A stretch of DNA of 63,997 nt, counting the filler, from Octopus bimaculoides (lineage: Eukaryota): NCBI RefSeq assembly GCF_001194135.2. It is 4 parts of 4 records of this genome, joined end to end, with 100 filler letters (N's around TTAATTAATTAA, not from the genome) between each part and the next. Parts side by side here need not be neighbours in the genome. Positions count along the whole stretch, not along the records: positions 17,675 to 41,356 come from NC_069003.1; 3 more parts are not named here. One strand, 5' to 3'. This document shows positions 25,786-37,869 of this stretch, piece by piece. The notes beneath the pieces are model-generated. The model ran no database searches and was not told where the DNA came from. It worked only from the letters and a program-made list of their open reading frames with translations. Each line of letters opens with the position of its first letter. Position 1 is the stretch's first letter. The position numbers were made by a program, and so were the translations under genes.

Positions 25786-27399
25786 CGACTACATCAAGCT
25801 ACTCTCCTAATGCAACCATTTGCTTAAAGAATAGGAAATTTAACCCTTTTAATAATAACCTACCTGAGACTGCCCTTCTCAGTTCTGTGAAACAAATTCA
25901 CTGTTATTAAACTGATCTAAATGAAATCTTCCATCAAGATTTCATGTTAATTTATGTTCCAAACTAATAGTGATAAAGTTGCAGCGTGGAAGGTGTTTAT
26001 AAGCCATTTAAAATAACACACAAAATCCGTTAGATTCACTTCAACATTTAAATTTAATTTGTCAAAATATTTTCGTCGCTTTGAGACCGCGACCTGTTCA
26101 CTGACAAAATTCTGTGCTGCATCTGAGAAAGTAATAGTTAGTTCATGATATATATGTACATGTGTATGTATGTATGTATGTGCGTGTACATGTGTGTGTG
26201 TGTGTGTGTGATAAAGTTATTTTAATTGAAATAAGGGCACTGTACAACCACAGAAATATGATAACAAAAGGGTTAACTAATTCTTTTTATTCTAATTCTT
26301 CTTTCCTTTTTCTTAAAATTTTTAATAACATTTTCTATTTTTTTTGTTTGAGAGAGAGGGGGAGAAAAAAAGTGAAAAAACAACAATCAACAAGCAATCA
26401 ATGTGTATTGCAATTTATTATAAGAATTGGCAGGCTGGGGAGACAATGAACTGTTTACTTGTTGGAATTGAGGAAAAAAAAATACAAAAAAATATTTCTT
26501 ATAGTTTTGTTTGTTTTTCTTTATCTTTCTACATTTTCACCTTTGAATCTGTCCAAGTTGTTAATCTTATTCTTTGCTCACATCCCTATTATATAACATG
26601 TAATGTTTTCTATAAAAATAGAACAAATCTTCCCTTTGTTGTTGTGACTCATTTTCATTTGAATTAACACTAATTAATGATGTATTTCTTGATTATTTAG
26701 GTTTCATATGTGTGTGTGTGTGTGTGAAGTTTTTAAGCTTCAATAAAATGCATATATTATGGAACCTCCCTTCGAAGATGATGTATGACTGTTCACCATT
26801 TTGCCGAATGACCTGCACAAATGATTTGTTTATAATAATCAAATGTATGTGCTGTACACTACTAGCTCCCTACTGCCATCATATTGACGTTGCCTGAACA
26901 GGTGCATGGTGTGCCACACAACAGGTGTTGAACTGATTGCAGAGCAACACGAGATGAAGTGTTTTACTCAAGACCACCACACACCACCTGCTTCAGGAAT
27001 TGAAACTGCAATTGTGAGTGCAATACAGTACCCACTAAGCCATGTGCCCTCAATTCATACACACGCACACACACACACACACACACACCTCTTGTAACTT
27101 GGCAGTTCAAGTTCAACAAGTACAGTGTGTCGGTAAAGTCATGGAACTTCAAAACTATTTATTAATGTAACTTGCAACACTACACATTTCATATCCATGA
27201 TGATAGTTTTATGCAGTTTGGTGTGACTTCCATTCTTGCCAACACATCTAATCAATACTCCAGTTAGATGAGTGAAGAAAACTTCATGGACACACCGTGT
27301 GTGTGTATATTTATTTATTTGTTTATTATACAAGAATGTCATTGATTAGTGACTTTGAAATTTCAACCAGTTAAGCCATAGTTGGCAGTCCAACAATGG

Positions 27400-29900
27400 T
27401 TTAACTGGCACGGGTGCCAGTCATCGAATTTGGTTCAGTTTCGATCTCACTTGCCCCAACAGGTCTTCGCAAGCTGAGTTTAGTGTCGAATGAAGGAGGG
27501 TTGGCATGGGTGCCAGTCATCGAATTTGGTTCAATTTCAATTTCGATTTCGATTTCACTTGCCTCAACAGGTCTTTGCAAGCAGGGTTTTGTGTCCAAAG
27601 AAGGAAAGGTACGCATAAGTGGACTGGCTACACCCCTGGTAAAGGCCATGGGTTATGGCCTCACTTGTCTTACCGAGTCTTCTAACGCAAAGCATATTTC
27701 CAAAGGTCTTGGTCACTAGTCATTGCTTTGGTGAGGCCTAATGCTCGAAGGTCATGCTTCACCACCCGATCCCTGTCTCCCTGGGTCTGCCTCTTCCACA
27801 GGTACCCTCAACTGTAAGGCTGTGGCACTTTTTCACACAGTTATCCTCATCCATTCTCGCCACATGACCATACCAGCACAATCGTCTCTCTTGCACACCA
27901 CAACTGATGCTTCTTAGGTCCAACTTTTCTCTCAAGGTACTTACACTCTGTCGAGTATGCACACTGACATTACACATCCGTCGGCACATAATGGATTCAT
28001 TCTTTGCGAGCTTACGCATGTCCTCAGCAGTCACGGACCATGTTTCACTGCCATGTAGCATGGCTGTTCGTACACATGCGTCATACAGTCTGCCTTTTAC
28101 TCTGAGCGAGAGGCCCTTTGTCACCAGCAAAGGTAAGAGCTCTCTGAACTTTGCCCAGACTATTCTTATTCTAGCAGCTACNNNNNNNNNNNNNNNNNNN
28201 NNNNNNNNNNNNNNNNNNNNNNNNNNNNNNNNNNNNNNNNNNNNNNNNNNNNNNNNNNNNNNNNNNNNNNNNNNNNNNNNNNNNNNNNNNNNNNNNNNNN
28301 NNNNNNNNNNNNNNNNNNNNNNNNNNNNNNNNNNNNNNNNNNNNNNNNNNNNNNNNNNNNNNNNNNNNNNNNNNNNNNNNNNNNNNNNNNNNNNNNNNNN
28401 NNNNNNNNNNNNNNNNNNNNNNNNNNNNNNNNNNNNNNNNNNNNNNNNNNNNNNNNNNNNNNNNNNNNNNNNNNNNNNNNNNNNNNNNNNNNNNNNNNNN
28501 NNNNNNNNNNNNNNNNNNNNNNNNNNNNNNNNNNNNNNNNNNNNNNNNNNNNNNNNNNNNNNNNNNNNNNNNNNNNNNNNNNNNNNNNNNNNNNNNNNNN
28601 NNNNNNNNNNNNNNNNNNNNNNNNNNNNNNNNNNNNNNNNNNNNNNNNNNNNNNNNNNNNNNNNNNNNNNNNNNNNNNNNNNNNNNNNNNNNNNNNNNNN
28701 NNNNNNNNNNNNNNNNNNNNNNNNNNNNNNNNNNNNNNNNNNNNNNNNNNNNNNNNNNNNNNNNNNNNNNNNNNNNNNNNNNNNNNNNNNNNNNNNNNNN
28801 NNNNNNNNNNNNNNNNNNNNNNNNNNNNNNNNNNNNNNNNNNNNNNNNNNNNNNNNNNNNNNNNNNNNNNNNNNNNNNNNNNNNNNNNNNNNNNNNNNNN
28901 NNNNNNNNNNNNNNNNNNNNNNNNNNNNNNNNNNNNNNNNNNNNNNNNNNNNNNNNNNNNNNNNNNNNNNNNNNNNNNNNNNNNNNNNNNNNNNNNNNNN
29001 NNNNNNNNNNNNNNNNNNNNNNNNNNNNNNNNNNNNNNNNNNNNNNNNNNNNNNNNNNNNNNNNNNNNNNNNNNNNNNNNNNNNNNNNNNNNNNNNNNNN
29101 NNNNNNNNNNNNNNNNNNNNNNNNNNNNNNNAGCTGACTCGCTCCCTAATTAGTTGGGCTATGACCCTCTCCGTGACCTTCATTACTTGGTCCAACAACT
29201 TGATACCTCTGTAATTGTTTGTGTCTAAAGCATCACCTTTACCTTTGTAGCAGTTGACTATTGTGCTGCTACACCAGTCATTGGCTATGACTTCTTCGTG
29301 TATCACCTGGTTAACTATACAGGTGACTAGGCTATAGCCAACACTGCCAGATATTTTGAGCATCTCTGCAGTGATTCCTGATGGGCCGGGGGGCTTTCTC
29401 TGTCTTCATACTCTTAATTGCTTTATCTACCAAGGTACTGTCAATTAGGATAGCTGGTCTTTCTGTTGGGTCGTCATTCGGCAGACTCTCTTTTAGTGGT
29501 GTCTCCAAACCTCTCTCTTTGCAACCTGGTTTAGTGCAAGTGAGTCATCATCCATGCAGACACATTTCTCTCCTACAACATCACAATTCTCTCTCACACA
29601 CTGTCTTGCAACACGAAATACTTCAAGTCTTTGGTCCTCACGGCGCAGAACTTTGGCAAATTTTTTCTTATCTGCTTCCCGTCTGGCTAAATAAACCTTT
29701 CTCCTAGCTTCCCTTCTGGCAGTCTGATACAATTCCCTACAACATTGTTCCACCACCACGTTACTTTGGCTTGAGAGGGGACTTTGCACCATCCACAGAT
29801 CTGGTCAGTGGCTCTCAGCAGGTTGTCCTGTAGAAACCTCCAGTTGTCTTCCACATTATGTGATGCTATATCCCCTTCTATTTCGTCGAAGGCTTCAAGT
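27400..29900 (-). mobile_element. RTE-clade LINE (5'-truncated, RT core falls in the gap)
   Basis: IVNCYKGKGDALDTNNYRGIKLL; ARIRIVWAKFRELLPLL..RVKGRLYDACVRTAMLHGSETW..CWYGHVARM..GRGRP; 3' UTR has a ~100-bp tandem duplication (27408-27590). Confidence 0.92.
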
Positions 29901-30030
29901 AACACCTCTCTAAATCTCTATATTATATTTATATATATATATATATGTATACATACATATATATATTTATTTGATATTTTATAAGTTTAGATACATACAT
30001 TGATTTTATTCTTATTCTTATGATTATCAT

Positions 30031-30105
30031 AGGCCTGAAGAGTGACTATATTTTTAGATGGAATCAAATTTATTTTAAAATATAGCCATGAAACGCATGT
30101 AGTCT
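30031..30105 (+). ncRNA. Penelope-type hammerhead ribozyme motif (candidate)
   Basis: AGGC-CTGAAGA-stem II GTGACTATATTTT/AAAATATAGCCAT-GAAA-CGCATG-TA-GTCT; stem I AGGC:GTCT. Confidence 0.55.
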
Positions 30106-30254
30106 TTTAATATTATTTGCTATTTATTGATTATATAATTCATTGATTTTTGGAATAGGGTTTTTGTGGTATATTTGTTTTTCTAGATGTTTTAAATGAC
30201 ATTTTTCATCGTTGAATTTGTTAATAGTTGGTTTTTCTCTAAATTATACAAGTA

Positions 30255-30632
30255 TTATATATGTATGTGTGTGTGTATATATATATATATATATGTATAT
30301 GTATGTATGTGTATGTATATATATTTATGTATGTGTGTTTATGTATATGTATATGTGTGTATGTATATGTATGTATGTATATATGTGTGTATATATGTGT
30401 GTATATGTATGTGTGNNNNNNNNNNATGTATATATGTATATATATATATGTGTATGTGTATGTATATATGTATATATATGTGTGTATGTATATATATGTG
30501 TGTATGTATATATATGTGTATATATATATGTGTATATATATATGTATATATATGTGTGTATATATATATGTGTGTGTATGTATATATGTGTATATATATG
30601 TGTGTGTGTGTATGTATATGTGTATATATATA

Positions 30633-30665
<33 letters not shown>
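30255..30665. repeat. Compound (TA)/(TG)/(TATG) microsatellite
   Basis: Seen directly; source of spurious YI/CV ORFs. Confidence 0.97.
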
Positions 30666-31970
30666 CCAGCCATAGAAAACATGCCGAAGCAGACCCTGGA
30701 GCTTAGCGCAGTACAGTTGCTTGTTGGATCATGTCCAACTCCTGCTAGGATGGAAACCAGGTTTTAAATGATGGTGATGATATATATGTACAAGTGTTTG
30801 TATGTGTCTGTCTCCTTGTCTTGTCATTGCATGTTTATTGTAAATGAATGTCATTCATTTCCAATATTTCACATAAACATATCTGGACATGAAAAAATAT
30901 TACCTTGCTTGGAAACAGGCGAGGGCTGGTGACAGGAGGGGCATCTAGCTGTAAAAAAAATGGAGAATTACCTTGCTTGGAAACAGATGATGATTGGCAA
31001 CAAGGAAGTCATCAGACTAGAAAAATCTACCTCAATAAACTGTGTCCTGCCCATGCAAGCATGGAAAAGTGGGGCATTAAATCAATTCAATAATGATATG
31101 TATGTGTGCTACTGTCTCTTTGCTGTGACATTTGTTAGTTGTAGATGAATGTTTACATCTAAAACTGTCCTTCATTTCCAGTCTCCTGTAAAAAACATGT
31201 CTGGTCATGGAGAAATATTACCTTATTGGGAAACAGGTGAGGGTTGGTGACAGGTAAGGCATCTAGTTGTAGAAAATCCATCTCAACAAATTCCATTCAA
31301 CCCATGCAAGCATGAAAAAGTGGATGTTAAAACGATGATGACATGTATAGGCACAGGTGTGGATGTGTGCTCAGAAGTCTACTTCCCAACCACATGGTTC
31401 CAAGTTCTGTGTGTAGGACCATGATAAAGTGTCTTCTACTATAGCTTTGGTCAACCAATGCCATTTGAGTGGAACTGGTAGATGTAAAGTAAAAAGAGAC
31501 CTGTTGTGAGTATATATATGTGTGTGTGTGTTTGTGTTTGACTCCCACCACTGCTTGGCAACCAGTGTTGGTTTGATTACTTCACCTGTAACCAAGTGGT
31601 TTGGCAAAAAGAGACAGACAGAATAAGTCCCAGTCTCAAAAGACTAGTCCAGGGGTTGATTTGTTCAGCTGAAACTCTTCAAAGCAGTGCTCCAGCATTG
31701 CTGCAGTCCAGTGACAGAAAGAAGTAAAAACAATATGTGTGTGTGTGTGTGTGTGGTTAAAACTGATGGCCCATGTGGTTAAGAAGTTAGCTTCAGAACT
31801 ATTTGTCTTTGAGGCTGATCCCACTACACAGCATTTTGGGTATATGTCTTCTACACTACCACAGCATGGCTGAAGAGCAGTGATGGATGGAATTCCATTG
31901 ACTCTAGAAAGATTAGTGACAAAATTAACTTTGGTAGGGTTCAAAATCAGACATGAAAAGGAATTGTAAC
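30662..31970 (+). mobile_element. Cluster of old SINE remnants
   Basis: Repeated TTGGAAACAGG.GAGGG.TGGTGACAGG..GGCATC.AG.TGTA and CCCATGCAAGCATG.AAAAGTGG tails, plus a full family-C copy at ~31350-31740. Confidence 0.7.
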
Positions 31971-33753
31971 TTGACACTGAATGACATAAGGTCTGAGATT
32001 CCAGGAATAAGACAGATGACTAATTGAAACTGTTGATAACTGATTTTAGTCATTCTTCAGTCATGTCCGAGCACTACCTTAAAGGTCATTAGTCATTACT
32101 CACAAGTGAACGTTGTAAAATGCATCTCATCTGAAGATGAAATCAACAAACTGGAAAAAACTTTTTAAATGTTAATCTAATTTAACTTCCCATCTCTCAG
32201 ATGTCTATCATTTTTTGATTTGTTAATCTGTTTTTATTGATTAATTGCTTTTTTTATGATCTGCACATCTTCAGTTGTAATTAATGATCAATATAGATGT
32301 GTCTTTGAGAGAGAGAAAGAATAAATGAATAAATAAATAATGTTTGTGTCTGTCTCTTCTCCTGGGGGCTGGGGTTTGTTGTGACTGGTGGAGATGGTTA
32401 TGATATCAGACCTGTTGCTGTGAACGAAATGGTTGGTGTTTTGTATCCTCATTAATGAGCACATCACTGTGAAATGGTGTAAAGGACATTTCTTAGTATC
32501 TCTGTCTTCCAAGACTATCACTTTCACTGTATTGCAGTGGAACAATGTGTTGTTGAGACTTTGCTAAAGAATGGAAAATGTGGTGGTTGTGATGACTGGA
32601 AGCTTGATAAGTCTATAAGTTGATACTGGTCTTCCTTTCTGGTCAATTCAATTCAACTGCAAAGATTGGACTCCTAACGCTCGGATAAAAAACACCATTG
32701 ATTTTTTTTATTTCTGAAGTACTGTCACTGCTTATTGATGAAGGTTGTTAACCCTGTAATACCTATTCATAGCGACATAGATTGAACAGCTTGAAAGTTA
32801 TACAGGGTGTAGCAAAAAGAAAAAAGGTAAATAAAAATCTTTCAGGTACACGTCCTTGATAAACATTTCAAGCAAACACACTGTGCACCAGTCCAAACTG
32901 ATGGTAAAAGAGGAGAAAAAGAAAAAAAAAAGAAAGCATTGATATGGGTGCTGGTGCTACATAAAAAGCATTAGGAAGGACATCCAGCTATAGAAACTAT
33001 GGTAAAACAGACTATGAAACCTGATGCAGCCCCTTATCTTGTCCGTTCCTGTCAAGCCGTCTAACCCATGCCATCATGGAAAACAGAAGTTAAATGATGA
33101 TGATGAAGACGTTGTTACTGCTTGCCCAACTTCATTAGTAGCTGTACTGAAAGTGCTCCACACCCATTGTCCCCATAGTGTGGTTGTAGAGCAGACTGCG
33201 CAACCATATCCCTTTCTCTTATCCTCTTCTGCATCACTATCTCCCCTAACTTGTAGCTTTTTGCTTGTTCACTCTGTATGTCCTTCTTGCTCATATGGGC
33301 ATGACATGGTCCTCTAACTTATCTAGAAGGGCAGTAACTTTAAATAAGAAGGGCCACTCAATAGATTGGCATTCCATCCCTAACGGACATACTCTAACCT
33401 CTTCCCCTCAAGCATGCTTGTTGTCCCCCCCTCTCTCTCTTTCTTTCTCTCTTTTTTTTTCTACTGCTACTATCATGATCTCTGCTCTTTCTTCTCCTAC
33501 AATCATGACCTCCACCACTCAGACAACCAACTATCTCTCCACCTCCTGTCAACTTGCTGCAGCTCTCACCCCTTAACCTGCATCGACCACTATGCCTAAT
33601 CCTTCTCCCTTGAAATATGTTCCCTCTGAAATCTTCTCTCCACTCATATCTTTCCTGCTCATGATGACCGGCAACTGTTTAGAAGGAATGAGAAGTAGTG
33701 CATACAAACACACTCACATACATGCTTATACATGTATATATATATAATGAATT

Positions 33754-36545
33754 TGTAGGGAAGTGGTTATACTGAATCACATCGGGGTCACCAATTGTAG
33801 GGAAGTGGTTATACACCATTAGGTGTATTCCGCTTCCGTACATTAAATTTCTTGAAGAAACAACGGAACGCAGATTCTGAACTATCAACACAACAATATT
33901 TATTACAATAGAATTCGGCAGCACTTCGCCCTTTGGTTACTGAGACGCCGTCAATGATGTTGCGTGGTTATTTGTCTAGCTCCAGAGTTGGAATGTTGGA
34001 GAGAGGCTGTTGACGACGTCTAGACCCTTCGTCGGCCAGCGAGAAAGGGAATGAAAATAGGCGCGAAAGCTTGGATGTCGATGACTACGCATGCGCATGA
34101 GACTTCCTGTATTCCTACCGGAACTAGTCCCTGCGCATGCGTGGATAGAAACTCCGAAAATGTCGTCTGCTATAAAGGAGTCACTACATGGCTCCCCCTC
34201 GAGTGCCAGAAGCACGAAAATAGAAAATTTGGAGGGGCGCCTGAGGCAAGATGGCCACCGAAACCACCCACAAGATGTGGCACAAACACGCACAAAGAAA
34301 AATCAAAGAAATGATGTACACTTGTGAGATACATTCAAACAATGTACAAAAGAATTGACNNNNNNNNNNNNNNNNNNNNNNNNNNNNNNNNNNNNNNNNN
34401 NNNNNNNNNNNNNNNNNNNNNNNNNNNNNNNNNNNNNNNNNNNNNNNNNNNNNNNNNNNNNNNNNNNNNNNNNNNNNNNNNNNNNNNNNNNNNNNNNNNN
34501 NNNNNNNNNNNNNNNNNNNNNNNNNNNNNNNNNNNNNNNNNNNNNNNNNNNNNNNNNNNNNNNNNNNNNNNNNNNNNNNNNNNNNNNNNNNNNNNNNNNN
34601 NNNNNNNNNNNNNNNNNNNNNNNNNNNNNNNNNNNNNNNNNNNNNNNNNNNNNNNNNNNNNNNNNNNNNNNNNNNNNNNNNNNNNNNNNNNNNNNNNNNN
34701 NNNNNNNNNNNNNNNNNNNNNNNNNNNNNNNNNNNNNNNNNNNNNNNNNNNNNNNNNNNNNNNNNNNNNNNNNNNNNNNNNNNNNNNNNNNNNNNNNNNN
34801 NNNNNNNNNNNNNNNNNNNNNNNNNNNNNNCGTAGAGTCGTGTTGCTGCTGGCGACGTCGGGGGCGATGCTTATAGTTCGTAGTTGAACGATGGTGTTGT
34901 TGATGTCGTCGCTGGGAAACTGGCTGGTTGGTTGGTGCTGTGTTACGCGTGTATGGTGGTAATGATGTTGACAGTGGTGTGTGCGGTGTTTGAAAGACGG
35001 GCACGTCGTCCACGGGAGTTGAGGGTTTGTCAAGGTACGCTTTTTCAGACGGTCGACAGACACAATCTTTGTATGACCATTAGCGTCGACCTTGAAGAAA
35101 TTCAACCCAAAACTGCGGGTTGGGCGAGGCGTGTAAGGCAGCCTTAAATTGCCTATGAAATCTCTCAACCATCCAATTATAAGCGGGATGGTAGCTGGTG
35201 GTGCGTATCAGGAGAGAGAATCTTGAGAAGTACCGTTGAGTGGCATTGCTTGAAAATGCTGTCATGAATTCGGAGCTGCGAGCGAAAATGACCAAAAGAT
35301 CCCGTGCAAATGAAGATAAGCCAGTAACTCTTCCATTCTCCGGCCGAGAGAAACGGAGAGGTGACGAAATATGCTGAACTGGGAACAAGTAAGCATCAAT
35401 AAATGTTATGTACTCACTGAAATGTAACTGTGCATTTTACTGCTATTTTCAGCAAGTAGAGGATGCTGTGTAAGAATGAATTGACGTCTCGTGAAACATG
35501 TAGGAAACTGCTCAAAAAGTTGTTAGGATGAAATAACCGTGAAGTTTTTGTGTGANNNNNNNNNNNNNNNNNNNNNNNNNNNNNNNNNNNNNNNNNNNNN
35601 NNNNNNNNNNNNNNNNNNNNNNNNNNNNNNNNNNNNNNNNNNNNNNNNNNNNNNNNNNNNNNNNNNNNNNNNNNNNNNNNNNNNNNNNNNNNNNNNNNNN
35701 NNNNNNNNNNNNNNNNNNNNNNNNNNNNNNNNNNNNNNNNNNNNNNNNNNNNNNNNNNNNNNNNNNNNNNNNNNNNNNNNNNNNNNNNNNNNNNNNNNNN
35801 NNNNNNNNNNNNNNNNNNNNNNNNNNNNNNNNNNNNNNNNNNNNNNNNNNNNNNNNNNNNNNNNNNNNNNNNNNNNNNNNNNNNNNNNNNNNNNNNNNNN
35901 NNNNNNNNNNNNNNNNNNNNNNNNNNNNNNNNNNNNNNNNNNNNNNNNNNNNNNNNNNNNNNNNNNNNNNNNNNNNNNNNNNNNNNNNNNNNNNNNNNNN
36001 NNNNNNNNNNNNNNNNNNNNNNNNNNNNNNNNNNNNNNNNNNNNNNNNNNNNNNNNNNNNNNNNNNNNNNNNNNNNNNNNNNNNNNNNNNNNNNNNNNNN
36101 NNNNNNNNNNNNNNNNNNNNNNNNNNNNNNNNNNNNNNNNNNNNNNNNNNNNNNNNNNNNNNNNNNNNNNNNNNNNNNNNNNNNCCGCTTCCGTACATTA
36201 AATTTCTTGAAGAAACAACGGAACGCAGATTCTGAACTATCAACACAACAATATTCATTACAATAGAATTCGGCAGCACTTCGCCCTTTGGTTACTGAGA
36301 CGCCGTCAATGATGTTGCGTGGTTATTTGTCTAGCTCCAGAGTTGGAATGTTGGAGAGAGGCTGTTGACGACGTCTAGGCCCTTTGTCGGCCAGCGAGAA
36401 AGAGAATGAAAATAGGCGCGAAAGCTTGGATGTCGATGACTACGCATGCGCATGAGACTCTTCCTGTATTCCTACCGGAATTAGTCCCTGCGCATGCGTG
36501 GATAGAAACTCCGAAAATGTCGTCTGCTATAAAGGCGTCACTACA
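33754..36545 (-). mobile_element. Gypsy element 2: two-LTR deletion derivative with 4-bp TSD AATT
   Basis: LTRs 33796-34188 and (gap)36185-36545 have TGTAG..CTACA termini and differ by about 6 substitutions plus 1 indel over ~360 nt (counted by eye). PPT GAGGGGGAG at 34192-34200. Integrase RTTSYHPAYNWMVERFHRQFKAAL and VSVDRLK. AATT at 33750-33753 and 36546-36549. Confidence 0.9.
33773..33793 (-). other. tRNA-Trp-complementary primer-binding-site copy downstream of the 3' LTR
   Basis: The plus strand reads TGAATCACATCGGGGTCACCA, matching the recalled tRNA-Trp 3' end AATCACGTCGGGGTCACCA with one mismatch. Confidence 0.8.
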
Positions 36546-37309
36546 AATTAAAAGCAGTGCTAGTATTGTAAACATTATTGACTGCACATACTCAATGTAT
36601 GTGTTGTTTGTTTGCAGGTTCACTGTAGTATAGCACTTGGGAGACAGTTCCCTTATTATGCTGGGTGCTAAAACACTTGGAAGTCATAGGCGAGACAACT
36701 TGGTTCCAACTGAGTTCAGGAGTGATGGATGCTGAGATTTCATCATTTTTGTGGCTTATCAAGATGTGTGATGTTGATAAGTGACAAAAGTGGTGAAATA
36801 TCAGTATTTATCACTCCTGAATTCGATTGGAGGTGAGTTATCTCACCTGTCTATGACCTTCAGGTGTTTTAACACCCATCGTAATGAGAGAGATGTCTCC
36901 TAGGTGTTATACAGCAGTGGACCACTGAACTAATAAAACACATTATGCGCAGTCGATACATTTACTTCTACCCCTATCTTTATCCCTCTATTACTCTCCT
37001 TCACACTGTTATGAAACTATCTCTCCTATCCCTGACATTGTAACCTCTCTTATAATCTTATTTTAAGATGTTCTGGCATTTTCCCCCCGTCTCTATCTTC
37101 TTTCCAGTTACTCACCTATATAAATATTCACCCTCACAACTTCTGGCATAAAGCCGCCTCCCCTTCACAAATACAACCCTACTTTCTTTGATGAGAGGGA
37201 ATTTTTCCTTCTTTTCTTTGTCTCTTCCTGCTCTTTTCTCATCTTGCAAGTTACCTGGTGACCTCACTAGTTCCAATGATATGAAAACTGTACCAAATAC
37301 TTACTGTAA

Positions 37310-37620
37310 AGTGGGTGACGTTAGGAAGGACATTCAGCTGTAAAAACTATGCCAAAGGTGACACTGGAGTTCAGTGTGGTTCTGCAGCTAGCTGGAACCT
37401 GTCAAACTGCCCAACCCAAATCAATGTGGGGAACTTCTGTTTTCCATATTGGCATGAGTTAGACAGTTTGTCTGTTTTGACATGGTTTCTATGGCTGGAT
37501 GCCCTTCCTAACACCAACCATTTTACAGAGTGTACTGGATGCTTCTTACATGGTATTGGCATGAGTGCTCTTTATGTGGCACAAGCATGAGAGTTTTTCT
37601 GTGTGAGGTGGCACCAACAC
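37310..37620 (+). mobile_element. Old SINE remnant
   Basis: GGGTGACGTTAGGAAGGACATTCAGCTGTAAAAACTATGCC, shared with ~32965 and ~24620. Confidence 0.6.
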
Positions 37621-37869
37621 CTGCAAGAAAAAATATACATACACACGACTTGCTTCTTCAATTTTTGTGTTCTAATTTCACTCACAAAGTATTGGTCAAC
37701 TCATGGCTACAGTAAAGATCATCAGCTGATTGATAATGTACATGCAGTGAGAAGGAAACCCTTACCACAGAGTTCCAGACCAATTTCATTACCACATAGC
37801 AATGTCTGCACCAACAGTATGTATGCATACATACATACATATTTGGAGACAGCAAAAAGAGGACACTCA

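Noticed and set aside
33773-33793. tRNA-Trp gene
   Set aside because: Only the 3' ~20 nt including CCA are present, which marks a primer-site copy; SINE heads are likewise not tRNA genes
35070-35090. DANGHT resembling PGM3 EANGHG
   Set aside because: Part of the Gypsy integrase C-terminal frame
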